A stretch of 64,000 nucleotides of DNA from a virus (Duplodnaviria > Caudoviricetes), in IMG/VR virus record IMGVR_UViG_3300017707_000735, positions 1 through 64,000 of that record, one strand, 5' to 3'. The notes under the pieces were generated by a model, which made no database searches, was not told where the DNA came from, and saw nothing but the letters and a program-made list of their open reading frames with translations. The position numbers and the translations under genes are program-made. This document shows positions 18,293 to 28,600 of the stretch, in pieces. How positions within the stretch are numbered: position 1 is the stretch's first letter; each line of letters starts with the position of its first letter.

Positions 18293-18835
18293 ATGGCAAA
18301 TCATGTATTAAGTTTAGAGGTACCTACGGTAATGAATAACTGTATCTTGTCTATCAATGATACAAGTGTTTATGCTGACTTAGTACCCGTTACCTGTGCT
18401 ACACTAAATGTGACAGTACCAGGTTTTACTTATTCTAATCAGATTGATGTAACACCTGGGTTTAACCAGATTCTTACAGGATGTGATTTAGGATTGCAGT
18501 CTACAAACTGCGGGACTACTTATGTACCGCTAGCTGATGGTATCTATATAATCAAGTATAGTGTATCACCAAATGATATAGTGTATGTAGAGTACAATCA
18601 TTTAAGAATTACACAAGCTCTTATTAGATATAACAAAGCATTATGTTCTCTAGATCTTGCAGCATGTGAGCCACCGGCTAAAACTCAAGAGAAACTAGAA
18701 AGACTGAGAATGATCAGAATGTACTTAGATGCTGCTAAAGCTAAAGTAGAATTTTGTCATGAGCCGCAAAAAGGTATGAGCTTGTATAACTATGCAATCA
18801 AACTTTTGAATAAATTTGACTGTAAAAATTGTTAA
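18293..18835 (+). CDS. Tail hub/collar-like structural protein (180 aa); start revised from 18176 to 18293
   Basis: The track's start overlaps the previous gene and spans the terminator; in-frame ATG at 18293 gives MANHVLSLEV...; beta-rich N-terminus and helical Cys-containing C-terminus. Function from synteny only. Confidence 0.55.
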   Translation: MANHVLSLEVPTVMNNCILSINDTSVYADLVPVTCATLNVTVPGFTYSNQIDVTPGFNQILTGCDLGLQSTNCGTTYVPLADGIYIIKYSVSPNDIVYVEYNHLRITQALIRYNKALCSLDLAACEPPAKTQEKLERLRMIRMYLDAAKAKVEFCHEPQKGMSLYNYAIKLLNKFDCKNC

Positions 18836-18853
18836 CCATAAAAAACCAACAAT

Positions 18854-19057
18854 ATGTCAAAATGTTTAAACTGCGGAGCTCAATTAACCTGTGGATGTCA
18901 AAAGAGAAAAGCATCTGATGGTAAACAAGTATGTGCCAATTGTGTTGGCAGATATGAGGCAGGGGCAACACAAAAGATTATTAAACCATTGGCTAAGCCA
19001 ACTATCACTGTTCCTCAGCATAATGCTTGGGGACCAAACAGATATAAGAAAACCTAA
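18854..19057 (+). CDS. Small Cys-rich (Zn-finger-like) protein (67 aa)
   Basis: C-x2-C-x5-C-x-C-x11-C-x2-C; tight packing with neighbours. Confidence 0.65.
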   Translation: MSKCLNCGAQLTCGCQKRKASDGKQVCANCVGRYEAGATQKIIKPLAKPTITVPQHNAWGPNRYKKT

Positions 19058-19062
19058 GTAAG

Positions 19063-20889
19063 ATGGCATACGCATATTACCCAGTCATACCTTGTGGACA
19101 ACAGTCTTCAATTGCTTTCATTAGTAATGAAAGACTTGCTGGATACCCAGGATTCTTTATTAGATTTACTTCAGGTGTTCCTGCAGAATTTCTGGGTGTA
19201 TGCTTCCATGTAGATCCAGGAGCATCTAATACTCTTATTGATACTACTATAAATTGGCTTACCGCAACATATGAAACGTTTACAACATGTGAAGCATGTG
19301 GGTCAGCACCAACTCTTAACAATCCAATACCAACATACCAGTTTGATGCATGCTGTGGTGGACAACCTCAGATATACAGTATTGATACTAATACAATAGT
19401 AGACGGGGGTGTGTATATGTATGGGGGTCCTTCTGTAGGACCTTTGGTACCGGGATGCTATACTCTAACAGAAGTACAGAGTATCACCCCTTTTCCATTT
19501 GTAGATGTAGATGACTTAGCTTTACAAGGAGACTGTACAGATGTAGCATGTCAAGCTTACTGTAATCCGTGCCAATGCTATAGTTTTACTGGAGGAAAAA
19601 CAGGTGGTCTTGTAGAAGCTTTAGATTGTAATGGGGATCCTATCTCTATTGTAATAGCTGGTGACGAATTAACAGACAAGTATTGTTTGTCAGCTATTGT
19701 ATCTATAACTGGAGCTACTTCTACAGCATACGGTTTATGTCAAGATGTAAACGGTACATTTGAATGTGCTGCTTGTTACACCTTACTAGACTGTGCTGGT
19801 ATAGAAGAACCAATAGAAAGCACTAACCCTAGCTTAGCTCAATATGCTGGGACTGGTATAGCTATACAAATAGCAGGATCCACGGTTTGCTGGAATGTTA
19901 TTTTATCTAACAAAACAGTTTGTGATTGTGCTGTAAATGTTACTATACAGTTTGTCTATCAGACATGTATAGAATGTAACTATCCACAAGCATATAAAGT
20001 TACAGAGTGTACTACTGGTGATGTAATCTATACAACATCAGATTTATCAGCTTACGTTAATACAGGAGCTACATTAAATTTAGACTGTGGTGGATGTTGG
20101 TTCATAGAACCTATTGAAGGCATACCACCTTCAAATCAACCAGTAGTTGTTGAAGCCTCTTTTGAAGATTGCCCAACTTGTAACTCACAGTTCTATGAAC
20201 TAACAGACTGTCTAGGTAATGAAGATTCTATAATCACTATAAATGATTTATCAGAGTATGTAGGAAAAGTAATACAGCTTCAGTTCTGTCCTGATATTTG
20301 TTGGTTGGTTACCGAAACAGAACCACAAACCCTTTCAGGTAATGTTCTTATAGAACAATCTTTTGATACATGTCCTATATGTCTTGAAGCTTTATTAACA
20401 CCAAAGTGTGCAAGTTTTGAGAATACTGGAATCACACCCGCAACAATTACTTATACCAATCTAGCAGGTATCACGGGACTAAGATTTACAGCTCAACCAG
20501 GTGAAATTATACCTAAGAGTTGTTACCTAAGTTGGAGCGTACCGTCTACTGTATTAGTTACAGAATATGGAGATTGTATTGATGGGCAGTGTCCGCCTAT
20601 ACCATCACCACTTTTATATAGAGCTGTAACTCCAGGATATGGTACGCCCGCGTGTACAACAGAATATTATGAGACAGTAGAGTGCGCATACTCTGAATGG
20701 ATGTACAAAGATGTACTTGAAAAAAGATATGGAATTTCAAATTGTTGTCCAGATGAACTCATGAAATGGGAAATCAAACATGAGATGTTAATGCTGGACA
20801 TACTAGTTAATCCAAACTATGTATGCCAAGGGGTAAGTGGATGTGGTTGTAATCAAACACATACTCCACCACCTCCTTGCAATTCTTGA
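19063..20889 (+). CDS. Cys-rich repeat tail fibre/hub protein (608 aa)
   Basis: 45 Cys; roughly 70-aa repeats of the form Y-x-L-x-D-C ... C-W/Y ... F-x2-C-x2-C; helical C-terminal domain. Confidence 0.6.
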   Translation: MAYAYYPVIPCGQQSSIAFISNERLAGYPGFFIRFTSGVPAEFLGVCFHVDPGASNTLIDTTINWLTATYETFTTCEACGSAPTLNNPIPTYQFDACCGGQPQIYSIDTNTIVDGGVYMYGGPSVGPLVPGCYTLTEVQSITPFPFVDVDDLALQGDCTDVACQAYCNPCQCYSFTGGKTGGLVEALDCNGDPISIVIAGDELTDKYCLSAIVSITGATSTAYGLCQDVNGTFECAACYTLLDCAGIEEPIESTNPSLAQYAGTGIAIQIAGSTVCWNVILSNKTVCDCAVNVTIQFVYQTCIECNYPQAYKVTECTTGDVIYTTSDLSAYVNTGATLNLDCGGCWFIEPIEGIPPSNQPVVVEASFEDCPTCNSQFYELTDCLGNEDSIITINDLSEYVGKVIQLQFCPDICWLVTETEPQTLSGNVLIEQSFDTCPICLEALLTPKCASFENTGITPATITYTNLAGITGLRFTAQPGEIIPKSCYLSWSVPSTVLVTEYGDCIDGQCPPIPSPLLYRAVTPGYGTPACTTEYYETVECAYSEWMYKDVLEKRYGISNCCPDELMKWEIKHEMLMLDILVNPNYVCQGVSGCGCNQTHTPPPPCNS

Positions 20890-20922
20890 GAATAATTAGT
20901 ATATTATAAATATATGTAAAGT

Positions 20923-22587
20923 ATGAGACCGTTAAATTTAGATAACTCACCATGTACACCAATTGCAAGTAATTGCGTGATTTGGACTGGACCAAGTATT
21001 TCATGTATCAAACTATGTACAGGTGACACAGTCTCTGATGTAGTATTTAAACTTGCTACAGAATTATGTACACTGCTTGATCAAACAAATGTTACAACAT
21101 ATGACTTAGCTTGCTTTAATCTAGCAGCATGTCCTCCAACTACATTTGATCAGTTGATTCAACTATTGATTGATAAGATCTGTGCATTAGAAAATATTAC
21201 ACCTACAACCACAACTACAACAACTACAAGTACAACTTCCCCAGGCAAAAGCACAACAGCCAGCGCACTTGTATCTGATTACTTGCTTACGGCAGCACCT
21301 TGTCTGGGTGGTGGTACTGTTGGATTGGTTGACTATGTGAATATGATTGCTGCAAAGATCTGTGACATTGTTACTCAGATCACAATCATCAATGCGGAGA
21401 TTAACTCATTAGACATTAGAGTTACTGCACTTGAGACAGCACCAATTCCAGTATTCACATTACCTACATTCACAATTCAATGTGCAATCAGTACATTGCC
21501 GGCATTATCTGTACAGGCAATAGATACTGTATTAGAAGCATTCATTAATGATGAGTGGTGTCCTTACAAAGTAGCATTGGGAACATATAGTGATTTGTCT
21601 ACTGCAGTTAGTTCACAGTGTGTATCAGGATTAGATACAGCTTTGGTAACACAGTACACTACGTCAACTATTATGCAGGTGTACTATCCAAGTTATGTAG
21701 GAACACCTACTACAGTAGCAGAAGCATTATCCAATCTATGGATTGCATTATGTGATGTAAGAAATGCAGGTAAAGCAGAAACAACAGTTACGGCAGGAGA
21801 TAATGTTACAGTAACTCCTACAGTAACAGTAGTAGGAAACAACCAAATAACAGATTACCTAATTGATGCAAAAGATACAGTAGTTGCGGCAGGAAATAAT
21901 ATCACTATTACACCAGCTGGACCAGTTGCAGGAGTGACTACTTATACAGTAAATGGACTTAGCTCAGTAGTAACTGGAGCTGATGACATTGTTGTTACAC
22001 CAACAGGACCAGTAGCGGGAGTTACAACTTATGCAATCTCAAGACCTAAACAAAACTTCTTTAATCAAGTAGTAGGGTGGGCTGATGTACAATTTGATCC
22101 AGGACCAGCAACTTACCATTTTCCATTAGGTTATTCAGGGTTAACTTATACAAATGCTACTGGAGCAACTAAGACGTTTGCGGTTCATGTAAGTTATGAT
22201 ACAAGTTTAACAGGTCCCGGTACAGCATTAAATAATAACATTAACTTGATTAACTGGTTAGATGGTGCTATCATTAAAACTGTTGTCGGTGTTGATACTG
22301 TACAGTATGAAAGCTTTGCCGGAAGATTAGATATCAGTGGTTCATTATTTAATGGAATACTAGCAACAGACATTGTAAACTTGACTAGTACAGAAACTGT
22401 AGTAACTACACCTGGTGTTGATCCAGTTGAGTTTAGATTTTTGAATGGTGAGATACAAAGAAACATTGCTTTTTTCTCTATGGTAACTTTGAATAATGGA
22501 GAATCAGTTAGTCTTAAGTTTAAGGCAAAGGATGCGCTGACACCGGCACTCCTTGGTAGAGCTCAGATTCTTGTAACAGAATTATAA
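20923..22587 (+). CDS. Tail fibre-like protein (554 aa) with Cys-rich N-terminal domain
   Basis: C...SNCVIWTG...C...VSDV...LC N-terminal domain, short coiled coil, T/V/G-rich beta repeats (AGDNVTV, AGNNITI, GPVAGVTTY x2). Confidence 0.65.
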   Translation: MRPLNLDNSPCTPIASNCVIWTGPSISCIKLCTGDTVSDVVFKLATELCTLLDQTNVTTYDLACFNLAACPPTTFDQLIQLLIDKICALENITPTTTTTTTTSTTSPGKSTTASALVSDYLLTAAPCLGGGTVGLVDYVNMIAAKICDIVTQITIINAEINSLDIRVTALETAPIPVFTLPTFTIQCAISTLPALSVQAIDTVLEAFINDEWCPYKVALGTYSDLSTAVSSQCVSGLDTALVTQYTTSTIMQVYYPSYVGTPTTVAEALSNLWIALCDVRNAGKAETTVTAGDNVTVTPTVTVVGNNQITDYLIDAKDTVVAAGNNITITPAGPVAGVTTYTVNGLSSVVTGADDIVVTPTGPVAGVTTYAISRPKQNFFNQVVGWADVQFDPGPATYHFPLGYSGLTYTNATGATKTFAVHVSYDTSLTGPGTALNNNINLINWLDGAIIKTVVGVDTVQYESFAGRLDISGSLFNGILATDIVNLTSTETVVTTPGVDPVEFRFLNGEIQRNIAFFSMVTLNNGESVSLKFKAKDALTPALLGRAQILVTEL

Positions 22588-22597
22588 TATTTAAAAG

Positions 22598-23263
22598 ATG
22601 GCAAATAATTGTACAAACTGTGGATGCAGTAAAATAAGCTGTGGATGTGGAGATTCATTTCTTACCACTCCACCACCATGTCCTACACCAGTAGACTGCC
22701 CAACAGCACAACCATGCTCTGAAGTATTTGATGCGCAGTGTGTAGTATATACAGGACTTGACATAGAATGTGGAACAGATGTGGTTGTTGCTACAAATGA
22801 TTCAGTAGCCGATGCTTTACAAAATGTAGTAGATTACTTCTGTACAAAACCAGAATCTGATATTACAATTGTTGAGGCTGGAGATAATGTAAGCGTAGAT
22901 GTGGTTACTGTAGGTAACACAACTACTTACACGGTCAATGCAATTATTCCATGTCCAATGGATGTGACTATTGTAGATAGTATAGTTATACCTAGAGGTT
23001 ACTTTGCTGATGTAACAGGAGGTACCGCTCCATACACTTATCAATGGACTCTTGCTGATAATAGAGGCTTGATCTTATTTACAACAGCAACAAACCAGGC
23101 TGATGTAAATATAGGTGTAGACAATACCGACCCATGTAGATTTGACACAGGTGGTTTTACAAATAGAGGTAGCATAGGAATGTTTAAAGTAACCGTAACG
23201 GATGCCAACGGTTGTATTGCTAAAGACACATTTATGTGGATAGACTATAATTGTGGTATGTAA
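22598..23263 (+). CDS. Short tail/head fibre-like protein (221 aa), paralogous to 20923..22587
   Basis: Shares the PC..V.DAQCVVYTG..I.C....V.D.L...V..FC domain and the AGDNVSV...TTYTVN repeat; C-terminal VTGGTAPYTYQW...VTVTDANGC is a PKD/SprB-like beta motif. Confidence 0.6.
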   Translation: MANNCTNCGCSKISCGCGDSFLTTPPPCPTPVDCPTAQPCSEVFDAQCVVYTGLDIECGTDVVVATNDSVADALQNVVDYFCTKPESDITIVEAGDNVSVDVVTVGNTTTYTVNAIIPCPMDVTIVDSIVIPRGYFADVTGGTAPYTYQWTLADNRGLILFTTATNQADVNIGVDNTDPCRFDTGGFTNRGSIGMFKVTVTDANGCIAKDTFMWIDYNCGM

Positions 23264-23304
23264 AATATGTCGCAGGTTGTTGGTTTCTGTGGCTGACAAG
23301 TGGA

Positions 23305-23340
23305 GACCCCGGGCAAATGAGCCTGGGGTTTTCTATATTT
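23305..23340 (+). terminator. Intrinsic terminator after the fibre cluster
   Basis: GACCCCGGGC / GCCTGGGGTT stem with two G-U pairs, followed by TTCTATATTT. Confidence 0.75.
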
Positions 23341-23389
23341 AGTATATTTGCTTAACTTGATTATTTTTCGTATATTAAATAAGTATAGC

Positions 23390-23974
23390 ATGGCTACAGA
23401 ATTTAGAGTACCAGATGTTAAAGCCCCACGGTTTAGACAGACAGCAGTGAACATAATAGACACGGAGTTCATTGCAAGATTTTACGAGAAGCACCCTAAG
23501 CATAAGAACTTGAGTGCATCTCAAATTAGAAAGATTATCAAGAGCTTCAATGAAGCGCTTTGGGAAGCAGTCTTAGAGAACCGAGATGGTGTAAGACTAC
23601 CTGAAGCATTGGGCAGTCTTTTTATTGGAACATGTAAAGGAACCAATGGGAGAAACATAGACTACGCCAAGTCAAAGAAGTATGGTGTGGTTGTGAGTAA
23701 TAACAACTGGGAGACTGATGGAAAGCTAGCCAAGATATTCTATACAAGTTACTCAAGCAAATATAAGTTTGCCTTCAGAGAATGTTGGAGCTTTACTGCC
23801 TGTAGAAACTTTAAGAGAGGAGTTGCTAAAGCTTACCCTGAGAACTGGAACATGTATGTCCAGGTAGATTCTACAAAAAAACTCAGAAGCTTGTACAATG
23901 TAGCAATGACAAAAGAAAAGAAGATAAGAGAGCAAAATGCTCAATTGAAAACATATAATGAATTTGATCTATGA
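23390..23974 (+). CDS. IHF/HU-like protein of the crAss-like tail module; start revised from 23348 to 23390
   Basis: Helix-helix-beta pattern IRKIIKSFNEALWEAVLENRDGVRLPEALGSLFIG; synteny before ring genes; in-frame ATG at 23390 after an AT-rich leader. Confidence 0.6.
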   Translation: MATEFRVPDVKAPRFRQTAVNIIDTEFIARFYEKHPKHKNLSASQIRKIIKSFNEALWEAVLENRDGVRLPEALGSLFIGTCKGTNGRNIDYAKSKKYGVVVSNNNWETDGKLAKIFYTSYSSKYKFAFRECWSFTACRNFKRGVAKAYPENWNMYVQVDSTKKLRSLYNVAMTKEKKIREQNAQLKTYNEFDL

Positions 23975-24642
23975 CAACTGTTGGGGAAGCAATAACAAGA
24001 GTTAGAGCTGCGTTAAAGGCAGTGAAGGAAGATCCGTTCTTAACTGATAGAAACATATACTATGCAATAAGCAAGTATGGGAAGACATTACTTAAGAGAG
24101 AGGACAACCAATACAGATTGATGAAGATTAGTTCACTCTTCACAGTGCTTCCTTATGTAGAACTTATTGACATTGACAAAGTAGAAGCAGGATGTACTGG
24201 AGTTTACTCTGGTTGTTATTTCAAAAGAAGCAAGGATAAGTTACCAAAACTGTTTGAAGGTGCAATAGGACCAGTGATCCGTTTGGCTAGTTCAATTGAT
24301 GGATCTATCCAGTTGTTCAAAACTGAAAGACCTACTTTTGCTTCTATGGCAAAGACAACTACATTCAAGTATAATAAAAGACCTTACTTCTGGTATCTTG
24401 ACGGTTACATCTATGTGCCTAATGTAGAGTGGGACGCAATTAGACTAGAAGGAATTTTTGAAGGAGACACATCTGATTTCTTGTGTCCGTCAGATCAATC
24501 TTGTACATTGAAGCAAGACCAGCAATTGCCATTTCCTGATTACTTGTTTTCAGAAATTGAGCAGTATGTAATTAAAGAATTTTCAATTACTATGCAGATT
24601 CCAGTTGATGGTTCTGATGATAGTCAAAACGTACTTAGATAA
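23971..24642 (+). CDS. Tail ring (tubular, P22 gp4-like) protein (223 aa)
   Basis: ATGA overlap with the upstream gene; size, synteny, and YFWYLDGYIYV...EGIFE pattern. Confidence 0.65.
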   Translation: MTTVGEAITRVRAALKAVKEDPFLTDRNIYYAISKYGKTLLKREDNQYRLMKISSLFTVLPYVELIDIDKVEAGCTGVYSGCYFKRSKDKLPKLFEGAIGPVIRLASSIDGSIQLFKTERPTFASMAKTTTFKYNKRPYFWYLDGYIYVPNVEWDAIRLEGIFEGDTSDFLCPSDQSCTLKQDQQLPFPDYLFSEIEQYVIKEFSITMQIPVDGSDDSQNVLR

Positions 24643-25682
24643 TGGACTTCAACTACACATTAAAATACAGAACATTTGATGAGTTACTCAATGATGTTCT
24701 TGTAGACTTCCAGGTATTCTCACTTGAGAATATGATTGATCCACAAACTCTAATCAAAGTAGCTAGAAGGCTTAACTATGATTTGGGTCTGAGAATTAAT
24801 CAAACCAAGGAAGTGATATTGGAAGTAGAACACAATAAGGTAAAGCTACCAGATGACTTCTATGTTTTCAATTACGCACTAGTGTGTGGTGAATACTCTG
24901 TAGCCGTAGGTAATGACATGGGTGGTACTCACATTGAAGAAGTACCCTATGTAGAAACACCTTCTACAGTTGACTTTTGTGCAGCACCTACAGTAAACTG
25001 TTCCACATGTAATGCAAATCCATGTAATAATACAGCAGCATGCGTAGGTTCTGTAAGACCACCAGAGAATTATATCCCTGGACAGTATGATCCTAATAAC
25101 CCTTATGGTGATACATGTATAAGACCACGCGTGTTTATGAACTGTAAGGGAGATAAGTATGAGTTAGTCCAGATTATAAAACCTGGAGTGACTCGTACAT
25201 TTAGAGTACTCATTCCGTTGAGAATGAAGCCTAGTCAAAATATAGATTGCCAATGTCCTAACCTGTATTGGAATTCTCCTAATGAGGGTTGGATTAAAAA
25301 TGGTTTTCTACATACAACATTTGATTGTGGTAAAGTATATCTAAACTACCAAGGGGAACTAGAAGATGAAGATGGTAACATGATGGTACCTGATCATGCT
25401 TTGCTTAATGACTACTATGAGTATGCATTAAAACAAAGAATTCTAGAGAATCTATTTATGAATGGTGAAGATGTAAGTCAAAGAATACAGCTTATTGAAC
25501 CAAGAACAAAAGCTGCTAGAAACCAAGCTTTAGGTTTTGTGAATACACCAAACTTTGAAGAGATGAAGAAACTCTGGTGGGCTAATAGAGTTGCTCAATA
25601 TGGTAAGTACTATAACATGTTTAAGAGCTACCCTATTGACCCAGCTTACTTCAGATATTATACAGGATCAAGAGTAATATGA
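24642..25682 (+). CDS. Tail ring protein with Cys-rich insertion (346 aa)
   Basis: TAATG coupling; G.VYLNY.G...DEDG..M.PD motif and YALKQRILE helix; insertion FCAAPTVNCSTCNANPCNNTAAC. Confidence 0.65.
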   Translation: MDFNYTLKYRTFDELLNDVLVDFQVFSLENMIDPQTLIKVARRLNYDLGLRINQTKEVILEVEHNKVKLPDDFYVFNYALVCGEYSVAVGNDMGGTHIEEVPYVETPSTVDFCAAPTVNCSTCNANPCNNTAACVGSVRPPENYIPGQYDPNNPYGDTCIRPRVFMNCKGDKYELVQIIKPGVTRTFRVLIPLRMKPSQNIDCQCPNLYWNSPNEGWIKNGFLHTTFDCGKVYLNYQGELEDEDGNMMVPDHALLNDYYEYALKQRILENLFMNGEDVSQRIQLIEPRTKAARNQALGFVNTPNFEEMKKLWWANRVAQYGKYYNMFKSYPIDPAYFRYYTGSRVI

Positions 25683-25683
25683 T

Positions 25684-28600
25684 ATGGCTAAAGAATCACA
25701 AGGTATTGATCAAAATCAATTAAACACTTTCATCAAAGGTCTTAATAAGGACCTTGATCCGTCATTTGTATCTGAAGGTATGTGGACGCATGCGCGTAAT
25801 GCTACTAACAATACAAGAGAAGGAGATGCAGGAAGCTTATCCAATGAGCCTTCTAACATCTACTGTGGACAAGTTGCTGCTGATATTACAGGATCAAAAT
25901 TTATTATTGGTGCTATACATTTGTTTAGTGACAAGTGGATTCTCTTTACAGCAGTACATCTGAATGACACATCTAACACAGTGGTGGGTTGTGAGATTGG
26001 ATTGTATGAAGAAGAACTTTGTAAGTACAGACCTATTGTTCAAGACAACTGTCTCAAGTTCAGTAAATGGAATTTGATTACAGGAGCAGCAAGAAAAGTT
26101 AATGATTGCTCTTGGCAAGTATACTTTGCTGACTCTAATAATCCAGATAGAGTAATTAATGTGGGAGATCCAAACACTTGGCCGCCAGAAGGGTATCAGT
26201 GGATGGGTAATAATCAATACTCTAATGGACCAAATACAATTCAATGGCCAGGTGTAGCATGGAAACAATTGTGTCATACTGATGAGGGATGTCAACAAAC
26301 TGAACCTGGAGTATGGCCAGCTGGTTGTCCAGGAGTTAATGCATGTATCTCTTGCGATGACTATCCTGAACTAGACTGTGATCAATTAAGATTAGCAAGA
26401 CTTGTGCAGACACCCTGCATACATGTATCTCCAGGTAAAGCTGGTGGGAATCTTAGAAATGGTTCTTACATGGCATTGGTAGCATATTCAATTGAAGGTG
26501 TGAAAGTTACTGACTGGTATTCACCAAGTAATGTTCAACCTATTTGGTATACTAATGAAACTTCAGGAGCTTTAGAAATTGATCTTACAGTAGACCAAGA
26601 TAACTTTGATGAGTTCATACTAGTTATTGTAGCTACAGTAAATCAAGCTGCTGTTGCAAAACAAGTTGGTATTTATTCAACAAGTACAAACAAGATCTAC
26701 ATTGATCAGATTAAAGAAGATATTCCGGCATATCCACTAGAGCAATTGCCTTTACAGAATCCGGTGTATGAAACATCAGATCAGATTGTAGAGGTAAACA
26801 ATTACTTGTTGAGAGTTGGACCAACTACTAAGTTTGATTTTAACTACCAGCCATTAGCTAATCTTATTCAGACTAACTGGGTATCTGTAGAATATCCTTC
26901 TGACTATTATACTAAAGGAGGTTACAAACCAAGTTACTTAAGAGATGAAGTATATACTTTCTTTATTAGATGGATATACAATACAGGTGATAAATCTGCA
27001 GCATATCATATTCCAGGAAGACCAGCTAAGAGTGATTTTGTTGAACCATGTACTCTACAAGAATTAGCTGAAACAGATATTGCTGTAGGTCCAAATACAT
27101 TATTTGATCCTGAGAGAATCTTTGAAGTATACAATACTGCAACAGTTACAGAAACTCCTACTAACGAAGTACTCCCTGATGGGGGTGTAGTGGTGGCAAG
27201 AGGTGAAATGGCATATTGGGAATCTACCGAGAGATATCCAGACAAACAACCGGAGATATGGAATCCTACCGCACACTGTTGGACAAATGAAACAACAGGT
27301 ATGTATGATCTATGTGGTAAACCAATCAGACATCATAAGTTTCCAGATACAGGTGTAGGGAATACAGGACAGGCATCTTTACTATCTCACTTTAGAAAAA
27401 ACACAACCAACGGAGACACCTATATCAGAATACTAGGTGTAGAGTTTGGCAATATTATTTACCCAAAAGATAATAACGGTCAAGACATACCAGGTATAGT
27501 AGGTTATGAAATCTTAAGAGGTTCAAGAGAAGGTAATAAGTCTATTGTTGCTAAGGGTATGTTGAATAACATGCGTCCTTATAACATCAATGGACAGCAG
27601 ACAGATAATCCAAACAGAAGAAGAGGTCTATATCCTAACCATCCATTTAATACAATCAAACCTGCTAACCCGCAGAATAGCCAGCAGTATGGTGTATTAA
27701 ACCCAGGTAACCAGATCAATGACCCTTATATTAAAGTTATTGATGAGGAAGGTGAAAGACAGAATGTAAATTTAGGTGACATGCCTAAAAACATCATGAC
27801 TTTCCATTCACCAGATACTAACTTTAAAAACCCATACATATCAACACCAGAGTTGAAGATCTACGGTAATCTCCGTGGTGTAGCTACTAACAACTTTGTG
27901 GAACCGGAGAAACATCCACAACACAAACTGATTAGTAACCAAGCAGCCTACACAGCATTCCAAGGTGGTGCTGTTGAAGCTATCATATCTCAAATTGGTA
28001 AACAAAGTACTAGAACTTCAGGTGCTGGTTACACAAGAAAGTTTGGACCAGACTATACACAAGAAGAAATTGGTGGAGGTAGTGGTGACATGAATTTCAA
28101 TTTCTTTGGTGCTTGGTCTCCTGTGTTTGGTTCTCAAACAGGAAGTGGTAGCGGTAACTGGACAGACTTAGAAGGCAATGATGGAAATACAGAAGAAGAT
28201 GAGTACACAGAGAATGGTGAAGATACGGATCCTGACGGTGCACAGAATACAGGCGACTTTATAGATGGGCCACTAGCTGACTTTAATAATGATTTTACAG
28301 CATGGAGTGGTTTTAATGAAGCATGGGGCAACGGTGACTCACTAGCTGATATCTATGACAGATTTAACAATGAGGGTGGATTCTTCCGTGGTGGTTATTA
28401 TACAGCACCATCTGGTGATATGGAGTTATCAAAATTCCAGTACTTCAAAGATTCACCTTTACAAACTGCATTATCTTTAGTAGGTGTATTAAATCCATTG
28501 TTGTACTATTTCTCTGAAGGAGCTACAATCACATTAGATATAATCTATGCGTTGTTACCATTTAGACAATACGCTTTGCAATTGCAAGCACATGGTTTCT

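Noticed and set aside
21199-21240. Poly-Thr tract in the fibre gene, and the ACCAGTAGT triplication at 18182-18208, as phase-variation repeats
   Set aside because: The Thr codons are mixed (aca/acc/act) and the 9-nt unit preserves frame; these look like ordinary linkers or tails.
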